Positions 44,132-53,878 of a stretch of DNA of 64,000 bases are shown here, one piece after another; within the stretch, counting starts at the first letter, position 1; every line of letters starts with the position of its first letter. The translations under genes and the position numbers were made by a program. The stretch is taken from positions 1,012 to 65,011 of IMG/VR virus record IMGVR_UViG_644736323_000003. One strand, given 5' to 3'. The DNA is from a virus (lineage: Duplodnaviria > Caudoviricetes). Below the pieces are notes generated by a model. It was not told the origin of the DNA, did not search any database, and saw nothing but the letters and a program-made list of their open reading frames with translations.

Positions 44132-45486
44132 TGTTCACCTCGACCGTTGCCCGGTCCTGCGCGGGCGTCCCGGCCAGGCCGGTCAACCCGCTGCTCACGC
44201 AGTGGTTCCGGCTCGGCCGCCACGACGTGTGGTCGACCCTGCCCGCCGCCATCCGCTCCCTCATGCAGAACGGGCTGCTCGAGCGGGCCTTCGAGGACGC
44301 CCTGCTGCCCGAGTTCCAGTTCGCCGCCATCGCGGACAACGAGCCGTGGGCGGCGAACCTGGGCGACACCAGCACCCGCACCCGCACCGGCCTGCTCGCC
44401 CCCAAGACCACGCCGGTCACCGGATCCGACCCCTCGGCCTCGACCTACGCCGTCGAGCAGTGGTCGGTGACGATGGACCAGTACGGCGACAGCATCGATA
44501 CGAACATGATGCAGTCGGCCATGACCATCGCCAGCAAGTACCTGCGGGACGTGCAGACCCTCGCGATCGGCGCCGGTCAGTCCCTGAACCAGATCGCCCG
44601 CAACAAGCTCTACCGGGCCTACTCCGGCGGCCGGACCTGGGCGACAGCCGGCGGTTCCTCGGACACCAGCATCACCGTGGCCAGTGTGGACGGCTTCACC
44701 CACGTCGGCGTCAACGGCGTGCCGACGCCGGTGTCCGCCTCCACCCCGCTCACCGTCAGCATCGAGGGCGTCGCGAACACCGTCACCGGCGTGTCCGCGC
44801 AGACCGGCCCCGGCACCCTCACCCTCGGCACCGCGCGCGCCGACACCACCGGTGACTCCGTGGTCGCGGCCAACGCCCCGGTGTCCTACCGCCCGGCCGC
44901 CAAGTCCAGCGCCAACGCCCTGACCTCCTCGGACACGGCCACCCTGGCGCTGTTCCGCAACGCCGTGGTGCGGCTGCGCAAGCAGAACGTGCCCACGGTC
45001 GGCGGCTTCTACGTGGCGCACATCCCGCCGGACACCGAAGGTCAGCTGTTCGCGGACCCGGACTTCAAGCAGGCCGCGCAGGGAGCGGTGGAGTCCCCGA
45101 TCTACCGCAACCTCAGCCTCGGCCGCTTCGCGGGCATCGACTGGGTCCGCAACAACGAGACCCCCACCGTGACCTCGGCGACCGGAGTCACGGTGCAGCG
45201 CCCGCTCGTCGTCGGCGAAGGCGCGCTCACCGCGAACCCCTTCGAGGGCAACGGGAACCTGCTGGACGGCACCGGCGTGGAGAACAACCCGAACATCCGC
45301 ATCATCGGGCCCGCGACCGGCGTGCAGGTCGCCCTGATCACCCGCCCCCCGCAGGACAGGTTCCAGCAGAACCTCTCCACCACGTGGAGCTGGGTGGGTG
45401 ACTTCGGCGTGCCGTCCGACGCGACGGCGGCCAGCGGCGACCCCGCTCGCTACAAGCGGGCCGTGATGATCGAGCACGCCTCCTGA
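44131..45486 (+). CDS. Major capsid protein
   Basis: AGGAG RBS; 451 aa after scaffold; leader ending WFRLGRHD. Confidence 0.85.
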   Translation: MFTSTVARSCAGVPARPVNPLLTQWFRLGRHDVWSTLPAAIRSLMQNGLLERAFEDALLPEFQFAAIADNEPWAANLGDTSTRTRTGLLAPKTTPVTGSDPSASTYAVEQWSVTMDQYGDSIDTNMMQSAMTIASKYLRDVQTLAIGAGQSLNQIARNKLYRAYSGGRTWATAGGSSDTSITVASVDGFTHVGVNGVPTPVSASTPLTVSIEGVANTVTGVSAQTGPGTLTLGTARADTTGDSVVAANAPVSYRPAAKSSANALTSSDTATLALFRNAVVRLRKQNVPTVGGFYVAHIPPDTEGQLFADPDFKQAAQGAVESPIYRNLSLGRFAGIDWVRNNETPTVTSATGVTVQRPLVVGEGALTANPFEGNGNLLDGTGVENNPNIRIIGPATGVQVALITRPPQDRFQQNLSTTWSWVGDFGVPSDATAASGDPARYKRAVMIEHAS

Positions 45487-45950
45487 TGGCCACCGTGCGG
45501 GCCGTCGCGGACAAGAGCTGCATGGTCGTCATCCAGGGCGGGCAGACGCTGGACATCGTGGTGGGGCAGGAGTTCACCGGCGACGTGGCCGCCTACCTGC
45601 TCCGGACCGGAGCTCCGGTCCGGAGCGTGCTGGGGGAAGGCGACATCGAGCCCGTTGCCCCCGCGCACCCGAGCGGCAGGGCTTCCGAGCGCCAGGGCGA
45701 CCAGGGCGACCAGGGCGACCAGGGCGACCAGGGCGACGGTGCCACGCCGGAACAGCAGGTACCGCCGCCCCCGCCAGCGGCGCCCGAGCAGGACGGCGAG
45801 CCGGAGCCCGGCAGCAAGATCGACCTGATCATGCAGTGGGTCGGCACCGACCCCGAACGGGCCCAGCGGGCGCTCGACGCCGAACAGGCCCGCGGGTCCC
45901 AGCAGCGGGCCCGGCTGGTCGAGAAGCTCACCGGCATCATCGGCGGCTGA
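45486..45950 (+). CDS. Head-associated protein with (QGD)5 repeat
   Basis: CCAGGGCGA x5 at 45692-45736; WVGTDPERAQRALDAE...R..L. Confidence 0.65.
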   Translation: MATVRAVADKSCMVVIQGGQTLDIVVGQEFTGDVAAYLLRTGAPVRSVLGEGDIEPVAPAHPSGRASERQGDQGDQGDQGDQGDGATPEQQVPPPPPAAPEQDGEPEPGSKIDLIMQWVGTDPERAQRALDAEQARGSQQRARLVEKLTGIIGG

Positions 45951-45954
45951 GGGG

Positions 45955-46578
45955 GTGGCCGTGGCATCCCTGGCCACCCCCACTCAGCTCGCAGCGCGCC
46001 TGCAGGCCCAGGTCGACGAGGCCTCGGCGCAGCTCGCGCTGGACAACGCCTCCGGGCTCGTGCGCGCCGTGGCCGGCAACCAGTTCGCGTTCATCTCCCA
46101 GGAGAGCATCGACCTGGTCGGCGGCCAGCAAGAGCTCGTGCTGCCGGGACGGCCAGTGGTCGTCGACCAGGACAACCCGCTCGCCGTCGTCGAGGTCACC
46201 GAGTTCGGAGGGGCGAGCACCCCGCTGGTGGCCGACCGGGACTACGTGCTCACCGGGTCACGGCTCACGCGCGGGATGCCGTGGTGGTTCACCGATCGAC
46301 TCCAGGGCTGGCCGTACCGCCGCCCGCTCGGGGTGTGGGCGCCGAGGGTGCGGGTGACCTACTCGCACGGCTACCGCGAGGTGCCCGCCGACATCGTCGC
46401 CCTCGTGCTCGACGTCGCGCAGTCCCTCTACTCCAACCCCGGCGGGCTGCGTTCGTGGCAGGTGCCCGAGTACTCGGAGACCTACGCCACCGAGATGCTC
46501 GGCGCCGCGACCGTGGCGTCGATCCGCAAGCGGCTCGACGCCCTCAACCGGCTGGGGCCGAGCGCGTTCAGCATCTGA
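45955..46578 (+). CDS. Head-to-tail adaptor
   Basis: LATPTQLAARL...VRVTYSHGY..VP.DI...SNPGGLRS. Confidence 0.75.
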   Translation: MAVASLATPTQLAARLQAQVDEASAQLALDNASGLVRAVAGNQFAFISQESIDLVGGQQELVLPGRPVVVDQDNPLAVVEVTEFGGASTPLVADRDYVLTGSRLTRGMPWWFTDRLQGWPYRRPLGVWAPRVRVTYSHGYREVPADIVALVLDVAQSLYSNPGGLRSWQVPEYSETYATEMLGAATVASIRKRLDALNRLGPSAFSI

Positions 46579-46594
46579 GAGGAGCGGTCTCCGC

Positions 46595-46852
46595 ATGACC
46601 GACATCGCGCACTTCTTCAATGCCGACGGGCGAGAAACCTGGGCCGCGCGCGAGCAGTCATGGGTCAGGGCCGGACTCGCCGACGGCACGCTACGGGAGG
46701 TGGAGCCTGATGGGCGGTCCGCCCATGCCCCGGCAGGTGAAGGTGACGACGCCGGGGATGCCGTCGGTCGACCCCGACAGCGGAAACGAGCGTCCCGGCC
46801 TGCCGATGACGAAGTTCAGCCCGGCGTGGCTGAGCCAGCGGTCGGTGGTTGA
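46595..46852 (+). CDS. Small hypothetical virion-region protein
   Basis: GAGGAG RBS. Confidence 0.4.
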   Translation: MTDIAHFFNADGRETWAAREQSWVRAGLADGTLREVEPDGRSAHAPAGEGDDAGDAVGRPRQRKRASRPADDEVQPGVAEPAVGG

Positions 46853-47078
46853 CATAAGCCGCAGCCTCACGCTGGTGGAGAAGCAGGACACCACCACTAG
46901 CCTGTGGCTCCTGCTGGTCCCGCTCGACACTCCCCTGACGCGGAAGTCGCTGGTCACCGACGAAAAAGGCGACCAGTACAAGGTCGTCAGCGAAGTCGCG
47001 AGGCGGCCGGACCACCGACCGCTGTTCTTCGCCGCCGTGCTGGCGCTCATCTCCGACATGCAGACGAACGACCCCTAG
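46710..47078 (+). CDS. Head-tail joining / closure protein
   Basis: Position in the neck module; beta-rich pattern. Confidence 0.55.
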   Translation: MGGPPMPRQVKVTTPGMPSVDPDSGNERPGLPMTKFSPAWLSQRSVVDISRSLTLVEKQDTTTSLWLLLVPLDTPLTRKSLVTDEKGDQYKVVSEVARRPDHRPLFFAAVLALISDMQTNDP

Positions 47079-47087
47079 GAGCACGTC

Positions 47088-47411
47088 ATGGCCGCGACTG
47101 CGGTGACGCTCAACCGGCTCGACCACAGGACCGCCGCCGTGAAGGCCACGCCGGTGGCGTGCGACGCCGTCAACGGCAACAAGGTCGCCAACTCCGGCAG
47201 CCTGCGGCTCGAGTTCACCTCCAGCGCCGGGGGCACCGTCACGATCAGCTTCCCGAACGCGGTGGACGGCCAGGCGGTCACGCCGCTGACCTACACGTTC
47301 ACCGGCGCGCAGACGCGCATCGCGGCGGGCTGGCCGCCCAACATCTACGGGCCCGAGCTGCAGTTCACGGCGTCGGTCAACACGATCACGGTGCTCGCCG
47401 AGGAGGTCTAG
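47088..47411 (+). CDS. Hypothetical virion protein
   Basis: AGGAG RBS. Confidence 0.6.
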   Translation: MAATAVTLNRLDHRTAAVKATPVACDAVNGNKVANSGSLRLEFTSSAGGTVTISFPNAVDGQAVTPLTYTFTGAQTRIAAGWPPNIYGPELQFTASVNTITVLAEEV

Positions 47412-47413
47412 CA

Positions 47414-47716
47414 ATGACGGTCCGCGTGTACGTGGACGCGGCGCAGGCACAGCGGGTAGCGGTGCGGGCTTCGACGCCTCGCCGCCGCGAGATCGCCGCC
47501 GAGATCGCGGCCGAGGCGCGTGTGGAGGCGCCGGTACGCACCGGTGAGTACCGGGACGGCATCGGGGTGCGCAGCGAGGGCGACCGGGTGTTCGTCGAGG
47601 ACTCCGACCCGGAGTCGATCTTCAAGGAGTACGGCACCTCCGACACTCCGGCGCACGCGGTGCTCACCGACGCCGCGCGCCAGCACGGCCGGTACACCGG
47701 GTGGAAGCCCAAGTAG
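47414..47716 (+). CDS. HK97 gp10-like neck/tail protein
   Basis: APVRTGEYRDGI...EYGT. Confidence 0.75.
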   Translation: MTVRVYVDAAQAQRVAVRASTPRRREIAAEIAAEARVEAPVRTGEYRDGIGVRSEGDRVFVEDSDPESIFKEYGTSDTPAHAVLTDAARQHGRYTGWKPK

Positions 47717-47719
47717 GAG

Positions 47720-48160
47720 GTGGCCGTGGCCGAGTCCGAGCTGCCGTGGGCGGCGGACGCGGTGCTCGCGCTGCTGCGCGCCGACACCGCGCTCGTCGCG
47801 CTCGTCGCGAACCGCATGAGCACCAGGACCGGCAGCAGCGTCGTCGCCGGGCCCTACCTGACCGTGCAGCTGCCCACCCCCCTTGGGTTGCTCGGCGGCG
47901 GCGGCTACAGGCCGATCGTGCAAGTCGACGCCTGGTGTGCGCCAGCAGCAGCTCCTGACGATCCGGAACGCGTCGTGTGGCGGGTCGCAGACCGCGTGCG
48001 GCGCGTGCTCGACGCGGCCAGGAACGTCCCCTACCGGTCGATGCACTACTCCTGCCGGGTCATCGACCTCGGCCCGCTCCCAGCGGACACCTCGCGCGGC
48101 CCGTCGGCGCCGGTTTACCGGGCGATGTGCCGGGCGGAGATGAGCATCCACAACCGCTGA
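47720..48160 (+). CDS. Tail terminator
   Basis: PIVQVDAW; precedes the major tail gene. Confidence 0.7.
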   Translation: MAVAESELPWAADAVLALLRADTALVALVANRMSTRTGSSVVAGPYLTVQLPTPLGLLGGGGYRPIVQVDAWCAPAAAPDDPERVVWRVADRVRRVLDAARNVPYRSMHYSCRVIDLGPLPADTSRGPSAPVYRAMCRAEMSIHNR

Positions 48161-48169
48161 CCACGAACT

Positions 48170-48269
48170 CCGGCCGGTCGCGTTTTCAAGCGGGGCACCT
48201 TGGCGACCGGCCGGTCCTACTCCTGTGCCTCCACAAGGCTTTTCCCCTCCTCAAGGTGCCCCCGCCTTG
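48170..48269 (+). ncRNA. Candidate structured RNA (12-bp stem whose loop can pair downstream)
   Basis: 48170-81 pairs with 48203-14; loop 48192-202 pairs with 48252-62. Confidence 0.4.
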
Positions 48270-48298
48270 CGCCCGATGACGGGCTCTCTGGAGGACGC

Positions 48299-48850
48299 AT
48301 GTCCAGCTACGCCAACCCGTCACTCGCCTTCCTGGCGCTGGACGGCGACGCCTTCCGGGCACCCGCAGGGACACCGGTCCCGCCCGACATCTTCGCCCCC
48401 TCGCTCAGCGGCTGGGTTCCCTACGGCGGCATCAAGGCCGGTTTCACCAAGCAGGTCGAGCAGCAGATCACCGACCTCTACGTCTGGAACAAGCGGGAAG
48501 CGCCCTACCGGCGCAAGAAGGACGCCAAGAAGCCGAAGATCCTGTTCCGGGCCGTCGACCAGGGCCCCGCGAGCGCACTGACCGTCCTCCGCGGCGGATC
48601 GATCAGCGCCGGGAACGGCGGCCACGAGTGGATCGAAGGCGACGAGGAGTTCTTCGCGTTCATCTTCCGCGTGGAGGACGGCGACGAGGCGAAGGCCTTC
48701 TACGCCCAGAAGGCCGAGGCAGGCCCGCCCCCCGAGGAGAAGTACGACGGCGAGGACCTGGATGGTTGGGACTTCGATCTCAGCCCTCTGATCCCCGACG
48801 ACGGCTCCAAGCCCCTGCGCCGCTGGACCAAGAGCAACCCGTTCGCCTGA
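48299..48850 (+). CDS. Major tail protein
   Basis: GGAGG RBS; WVPYGGIKAG; position before the chaperones. Confidence 0.8.
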   Translation: MSSYANPSLAFLALDGDAFRAPAGTPVPPDIFAPSLSGWVPYGGIKAGFTKQVEQQITDLYVWNKREAPYRRKKDAKKPKILFRAVDQGPASALTVLRGGSISAGNGGHEWIEGDEEFFAFIFRVEDGDEAKAFYAQKAEAGPPPEEKYDGEDLDGWDFDLSPLIPDDGSKPLRRWTKSNPFA

Positions 48851-48864
48851 CCAGAGAAGGAACC

Positions 48865-49236
48865 ATGACCAAGACCAAAGGTGCCCCCGCCTCCGACTCA
48901 CACGACGTGCTCGACCTCGACGCCCTGCTCCAGCAGCGATCCCCGCACCGCGCGCAGGTCCGCTTCGGCGGCCGGGACTGGTCGCTGCGACGCGACCTCA
49001 CCGGCGAGGAAGTCGTGCGCTTCTGGTCGCTGGCGACAACCCAGCAGGACGGCGAAGCGCTCGGCATCCTCCTCTCCGAGGGGGCCACTGCCGTCGACAA
49101 GGTGGCGGGCGAGGAGCTGAGCAAACTGCTCGAAGTGCTACCGCAGCAGGCGCGCGTTGATGTCACCCGACGCCTGTTCGTCGCGGCCGGGCTGCACACC
49201 AGCCTGGACGCCGAGGGGGACTCCTCGGCGTCCTGA
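48865..49236 (+). CDS. Tail assembly chaperone (gpG-like)
   Basis: AAGG RBS; ends ...AEGDSSAS. Confidence 0.8.
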   Translation: MTKTKGAPASDSHDVLDLDALLQQRSPHRAQVRFGGRDWSLRRDLTGEEVVRFWSLATTQQDGEALGILLSEGATAVDKVAGEELSKLLEVLPQQARVDVTRRLFVAAGLHTSLDAEGDSSAS

Positions 49237-49736
49237 CCGCGGTCGCAGGACCGTGGTGGGACGCCGTCCTCTGCGACCTCGACGAGGTCTACGGGCGGGA
49301 CCTGCGTACGGCGTGGCGGGAGATGCCAGCCGTCGACCTCGCCGCGCGCGTGCGCAGGCTCACCCGGAAACCCGAGACGGCGCTGGCAGAACTGCTCGAC
49401 CCCGGCGGCCTGCGCCACTGGGGGCCGCACCAGGAGAACACCGCGAGGTTGCTGGAGATCCAGTCCTATGGGCTGGTGCTCGACTGGCGAGACCGTACGT
49501 TCGACCCCGAGTCGGACGAGGCCCGTGAGGCGCGGCGTGCGCTGCTAAACGACCGGCGCCACGGAGTCAGGCCTCCCGCTGATCCGCCGGTTCCGCCGAT
49601 CGCGCACAGGCCCGCCCCGCTGGCGCAGCAGATGTTCGACGCCTTCGTCGAGCGGACAGCAGCGCCTGCCAGGCCCGATGCGTCAGGCCCCCAGCTGACG
49701 ACGGTCGACGAGTTCATCGCCGCCTGGGAGCTGTGA
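49215..49736 (+). CDS. Tail assembly chaperone extension (gpT-like), reached by -1 frameshift
   Basis: GGGGGA at 49215-20; -1 frame is open: GLLGVLT...WWDAVLCDLDEVYGRDL. Confidence 0.65.
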   Translation, partial: GGLLGVLTAVAGPWWDAVLCDLDEVYGRDLRTAWREMPAVDLAARVRRLTRKPETALAELLDPGGLRHWGPHQENTARLLEIQSYGLVLDWRDRTFDPESDEAREARRALLNDRRHGVRPPADPPVPPIAHRPAPLAQQMFDAFVERTAAPARPDASGPQLTTVDEFIAAWEL

Positions 49737-49752
49737 CCTGCCGGGGGGTGTC

Positions 49753-52700
49753 ATGGCCGGTGGCCGGATCGACATCGAGGTCCGCGCGGACACTTCCAAG
49801 GTCGCTGGCGATCTGGAACGAGGGCTGCGCGGTGCCGCCGGGGCTGCCAATCGGCTCAGCGCGGGGCTCGGGCTGGCGGCGGGTACCGCTGGCATCGCCG
49901 CAGGTCTCAAGTCGATCATCGAGGTCGGCAATGAGTACGCCGGGAACCTCAACGAGCTGATGGCGGTCACGCAGGCCACCGGCGCGGAGATGGCGGCAGC
50001 TGGCAGGCTCGCGCAGGACCTCGGCAGCGACCTGACCCTCCCGGCCACCAGCGCCGCCGATGCAGCCAGCGCCATGAAGGAGCTGGCCAAGGGCGGTCTC
50101 GACCTCGACGAGGCGATGACCGCCGCGCGCGGCACGCTCCAGCTCGCCGCCGCCGCGCAGGTCGACGCTGCCCAAGCGGCCGAGATCCAGAGCGACGCCC
50201 TGAACCAGTTCGGCTTGTCGGCGGACCAGGCATCGCATGTCGCTGACGTGCTGGCGAACACCGCGAACGCCGCCAGTGGCGAGATCACCGACATGGCCGG
50301 GGCCCTGAAGTATGTCGGCCCGGTGGCCAAAGCGGTGGGCGCGGACATCGACCAGGTCGCCACCGCGATCGGCCTGATCGCCACCCAGGGCATCCGGGGT
50401 GAGCAGGCTGGCACGTCGCTGCGCGGCATGATCGCCAGCCTTGCGGCGCCCAGCAAGCCCGCCGCCAAGGCGTTGGGCGAGCTCGGCGTCGAGGCGTTCG
50501 ACACCGAGGGCAAGTTCGTCGGTCTCCGCACGGTCACCGAGCAACTGGCTGCGGCCAAGGCCCGGATGACCGAAGCGACGTTCGCCTTGAACGCGGCGAC
50601 CGCGTTCGGCAACGAGGGTATGACCGTCGCGAGCGCGTTGGCGTCCACTGGCGCGCAGGCGTTCGACGAGATGGCAGAGGCGGTCGGTCGGGAAGGTGGC
50701 GCGGCCGACGTCGCCGCTGCGAAGACCGAGGGTCTCGGCGGGGCGATCGACGGGCTGCAGTCGCAGCTCGAGTCGGCGGGGATCGGGATCTACGAGGCGA
50801 TCGACGAGCCGCTGGAAGCGGTGGTCCGGTCGCTGGCGGAGGCGATCGACGAAGTCGGGCCGCAGATCGCGCGCGGCCTGGAGACCGCTGTCGCAGCCGG
50901 GCGGCTGTACGGACCGGGGCTGGCGGCGGCCATCCGCGAGCGCGGTCAGGTCGTGGTCCAGGCGGCACGCGATGTACTGATGCCGATCGCACGGGGCTCG
51001 GTCGGCCCGGTCAACACCGCGATCAACGCGGGCATCAAGCTGTTCGCCGACTTCACCGCCGGGCTGCGCCACGTGGTGGATGCCGCCCGGCCGGTGGCAC
51101 ACGGGATCGGGGAGATCGCCTCCGCCTCCGCTGATGGCGATGGGCCGGTGTCCGCGCTCGCGACCGCCATCGGACTGCTCGGCGACGGCGTTGTGGCCGT
51201 CACCAGCCTGCTCGGGCCTGCGGGCGAGGGAGTCGGCGGGCTGCTCTCCGGGGTGGCGTCCCTGCCAGGGCCGGTGCTGACTGCCGTCGCGAGTCTCGTC
51301 GCGTACCGGGTGGCCGTGGGGGCGCTCCAGCGGTCTGAGGTCGGTGGCGGGCTGCGCCAGTTCGTCGGCGAGATACAGGCGCAGCGTCAGCAGGCACGAG
51401 AGAGCGGCGAGCAGATCGGGCTTCTCAGCTCGACTGTGGCCGCCTACCAGGCGTCGCAGCTGCCTGCGATCGCGACCACAAGGCGCTTCACCGATGCGGT
51501 GGGCGAACTGCGCGGGACTGCCGCCTCGGCAGGGCGCCCGATCGGTGTCCTGTCCGCCTCCGTGGGGGCGCTGGCAGAACGCTCCCCGGCCGTCGCCGCT
51601 ATGCGCTCTACCTACCGGTCAACGTTCGACTCGATCTCCCAGTCCAGCGAGCGCGCCGGACTGGCCGTGGGCATCGCCAGCGAGTCGCTCATCCGGGGTG
51701 TCCAGTCGCTCCCCAGCCGCGTCTCAGCGGCTGTTCAGGCTGTCCCCACCGCAGTCGGGGTTGCCGCGATCGCCACGGCCGACCGAGCCCGGCAGGTCAT
51801 CTCAGCCGTGCAGGCCATCCCGACCGGGATCGGACTTGCAGCGGTCAGCATGGCCGACCGGGCGCGCTCAGTGGTCTCGGCGGTCCAGGCGATCCCCACC
51901 GGTGTCGGGCTCGCCGCCGTTGCGACGGCTGACCGGGCCCGACAGATCGTGTCAGCCATCCAGGCCATCCCCACGGGGATCGGCGTGGCGGCGGTCAACA
52001 TCGCGGACCGTGCCCGCTCGATCGGCTCCTCCATCGCCTCCGGGCTGGACCGGGTCCCGGACCTGGCGCAGCGCACCGTCACCGCCCTCGGGACCCTGGG
52101 CGCGGCGGCGGGCGCGGCGACGACCGCGCTCGGACGCGGCCTGCTCTCCGCCGCGAACGATCTCGTCGGCGCACTCGGCGGGCCGGCCGGTCTGGCGATC
52201 GCCGCAGCCTCGGTCGGGCTGTCGATTTTGGCTGGGCGACAGCAGGACGCTGCCCAGCGGGCAGCCCAGCACGAGGCGGCAACGCGCTCGCTCGCCGAGG
52301 CGCTGCGGGACAGCAACTACGCCATTACCGAAAACATTAGGCTCCAGGCCGCCAAAACTTTGCAGGACCGGGGCGCGTCGGACCTGGCCAAGGAACTGCA
52401 AATCCCCCTGTCCACGCTGACCGACGCCTACCTGGGCAACTCGGATGCACTTTCCCAGGTCAACGGGGTGTTGGACACCTACCTCGCACAGGTGGAAGGA
52501 CAGGGACAGCTAGAGGGTCAGGTCGCCGGGCAAAATCCGCTGGCCGATAAGGCTTTCGAACTCCGCAAGATCCTCGGCGAACTGATCCCCGAACTGGGCA
52601 ACAATGTCTCCAAGCAAAAGGATCTGGACGAGGCGCTCAAGAACGGTCGCGCTTCCATGTCGGAAGCCACCGAAACCGGCCGCTCCCTCGCTTCAGCACT

Positions 52701-53868
52701 CGGCGTTCTTTCGAGCAACGCGTCGAGCGCTAACGACCGGGCCCGCGCCCTGCGTACAGCCCTGGACGCGCTGGCCGGGGGGCAGGTCGACTTCCAGGCG
52801 GCGCAGGCGCGCGTCTACGAGACCCTGAGCCGGATCAGTGAGGCGTTCGGGCAGAACATCGACAAGACCCAAGGCTGGGGTCAATCGCTCCTCAACGTCG
52901 ATGGCAGCCTGAACATCACCACCAAAAACGGGCGCACGCTTCGCGAGATGCTGTCCGACCTGACCGGCCAGTCCGCCGACCTCGCATCAGCGGCGTACGA
53001 CCTGTCCATCAGCCAAGGAGAGGGTGTCAGCACCGCCCTCGACAAGGCGACAGCAGCCGCCCAAAAAGCGTTGGACGGCTTCCTCGACCTGGCGGATGAA
53101 TTCGGAATTACGCGCGAGCAGGCCCTCATCCTCGCCGAGAGCATGGGCCTGATCCCGCGCAATGTGGCCGTCGCCCTGAGCACGCCAGGCGACGAGAAGA
53201 CCAAGCAGGAGTTGCTGCTGGTCAAATCGATGGCGGATCAACTCCCGCCCGACAAGCCAATCACTGTCCGCACGCTTTCCGAAGAGGCGAAGAAGAAGCT
53301 CGAGGAGCTGGGCTACAAGGTTCAGACCACCCCGAACGGTGTGACCATCACGGCCAGTACCAAGTCTGCCGAGGAAAAGCTCAACGAGTTCCTCAACAAG
53401 CCGTCGACCAAGACAGTGACCGTCATCTACACCGGCGGGAAACCAGCCCCCAATGGGCCCATGGGGGTGAACCACGACGGAAACATCATCAAACGGTTCG
53501 CCGAAGGCGGTCTCCACAAGCTCATGCCGATGTCGGCGGGCATCGCCCAGATAGTGCCGCCGAACACATGGCGCGTCGTGGGCGACCGCCTCGTCGACGA
53601 CGAGGCCTACATCCCGATCAACCGGTCGCGCCGGTCGCAGGAACTGCTCGCGTACACGGCCTCCGAGATGGGGTACGACCTGATCCGGCGGTGGGCGGTC
53701 GGTGGTGTCGCCAGCACGACGTCGTCGATGCCGCAGAGCAGCAGCTCGTCGCCGATGGTGGCCCCGCAGATCACGAACAACATCTCGGTGCGGGACAACG
53801 AGGACGCGTACGTGACCGCGCAGGTCGTCTCGAGCACGGTCGCGTTCCAGGCGCGCACCCGGCGGTGA
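49753..53868 (+). CDS. Tape measure protein
   Basis: 1371 aa, Ala/Gly-rich helical; TP901-type core (GEQAGTSLRGM); four 25-aa repeats at 51721-52020. Confidence 0.95.
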   Translation: MAGGRIDIEVRADTSKVAGDLERGLRGAAGAANRLSAGLGLAAGTAGIAAGLKSIIEVGNEYAGNLNELMAVTQATGAEMAAAGRLAQDLGSDLTLPATSAADAASAMKELAKGGLDLDEAMTAARGTLQLAAAAQVDAAQAAEIQSDALNQFGLSADQASHVADVLANTANAASGEITDMAGALKYVGPVAKAVGADIDQVATAIGLIATQGIRGEQAGTSLRGMIASLAAPSKPAAKALGELGVEAFDTEGKFVGLRTVTEQLAAAKARMTEATFALNAATAFGNEGMTVASALASTGAQAFDEMAEAVGREGGAADVAAAKTEGLGGAIDGLQSQLESAGIGIYEAIDEPLEAVVRSLAEAIDEVGPQIARGLETAVAAGRLYGPGLAAAIRERGQVVVQAARDVLMPIARGSVGPVNTAINAGIKLFADFTAGLRHVVDAARPVAHGIGEIASASADGDGPVSALATAIGLLGDGVVAVTSLLGPAGEGVGGLLSGVASLPGPVLTAVASLVAYRVAVGALQRSEVGGGLRQFVGEIQAQRQQARESGEQIGLLSSTVAAYQASQLPAIATTRRFTDAVGELRGTAASAGRPIGVLSASVGALAERSPAVAAMRSTYRSTFDSISQSSERAGLAVGIASESLIRGVQSLPSRVSAAVQAVPTAVGVAAIATADRARQVISAVQAIPTGIGLAAVSMADRARSVVSAVQAIPTGVGLAAVATADRARQIVSAIQAIPTGIGVAAVNIADRARSIGSSIASGLDRVPDLAQRTVTALGTLGAAAGAATTALGRGLLSAANDLVGALGGPAGLAIAAASVGLSILAGRQQDAAQRAAQHEAATRSLAEALRDSNYAITENIRLQAAKTLQDRGASDLAKELQIPLSTLTDAYLGNSDALSQVNGVLDTYLAQVEGQGQLEGQVAGQNPLADKAFELRKILGELIPELGNNVSKQKDLDEALKNGRASMSEATETGRSLASALGVLSSNASSANDRARALRTALDALAGGQVDFQAAQARVYETLSRISEAFGQNIDKTQGWGQSLLNVDGSLNITTKNGRTLREMLSDLTGQSADLASAAYDLSISQGEGVSTALDKATAAAQKALDGFLDLADEFGITREQALILAESMGLIPRNVAVALSTPGDEKTKQELLLVKSMADQLPPDKPITVRTLSEEAKKKLEELGYKVQTTPNGVTITASTKSAEEKLNEFLNKPSTKTVTVIYTGGKPAPNGPMGVNHDGNIIKRFAEGGLHKLMPMSAGIAQIVPPNTWRVVGDRLVDDEAYIPINRSRRSQELLAYTASEMGYDLIRRWAVGGVASTTSSMPQSSSSSPMVAPQITNNISVRDNEDAYVTAQVVSSTVAFQARTRR

Positions 53869-53878
53869 GGAGGCGCTC

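Noticed and set aside
45692-45736. CCAGGGCGA x5 as a functional collagen domain or contingency locus
   Set aside because: Only five triplets, in frame, within a low-complexity linker; likely slippage
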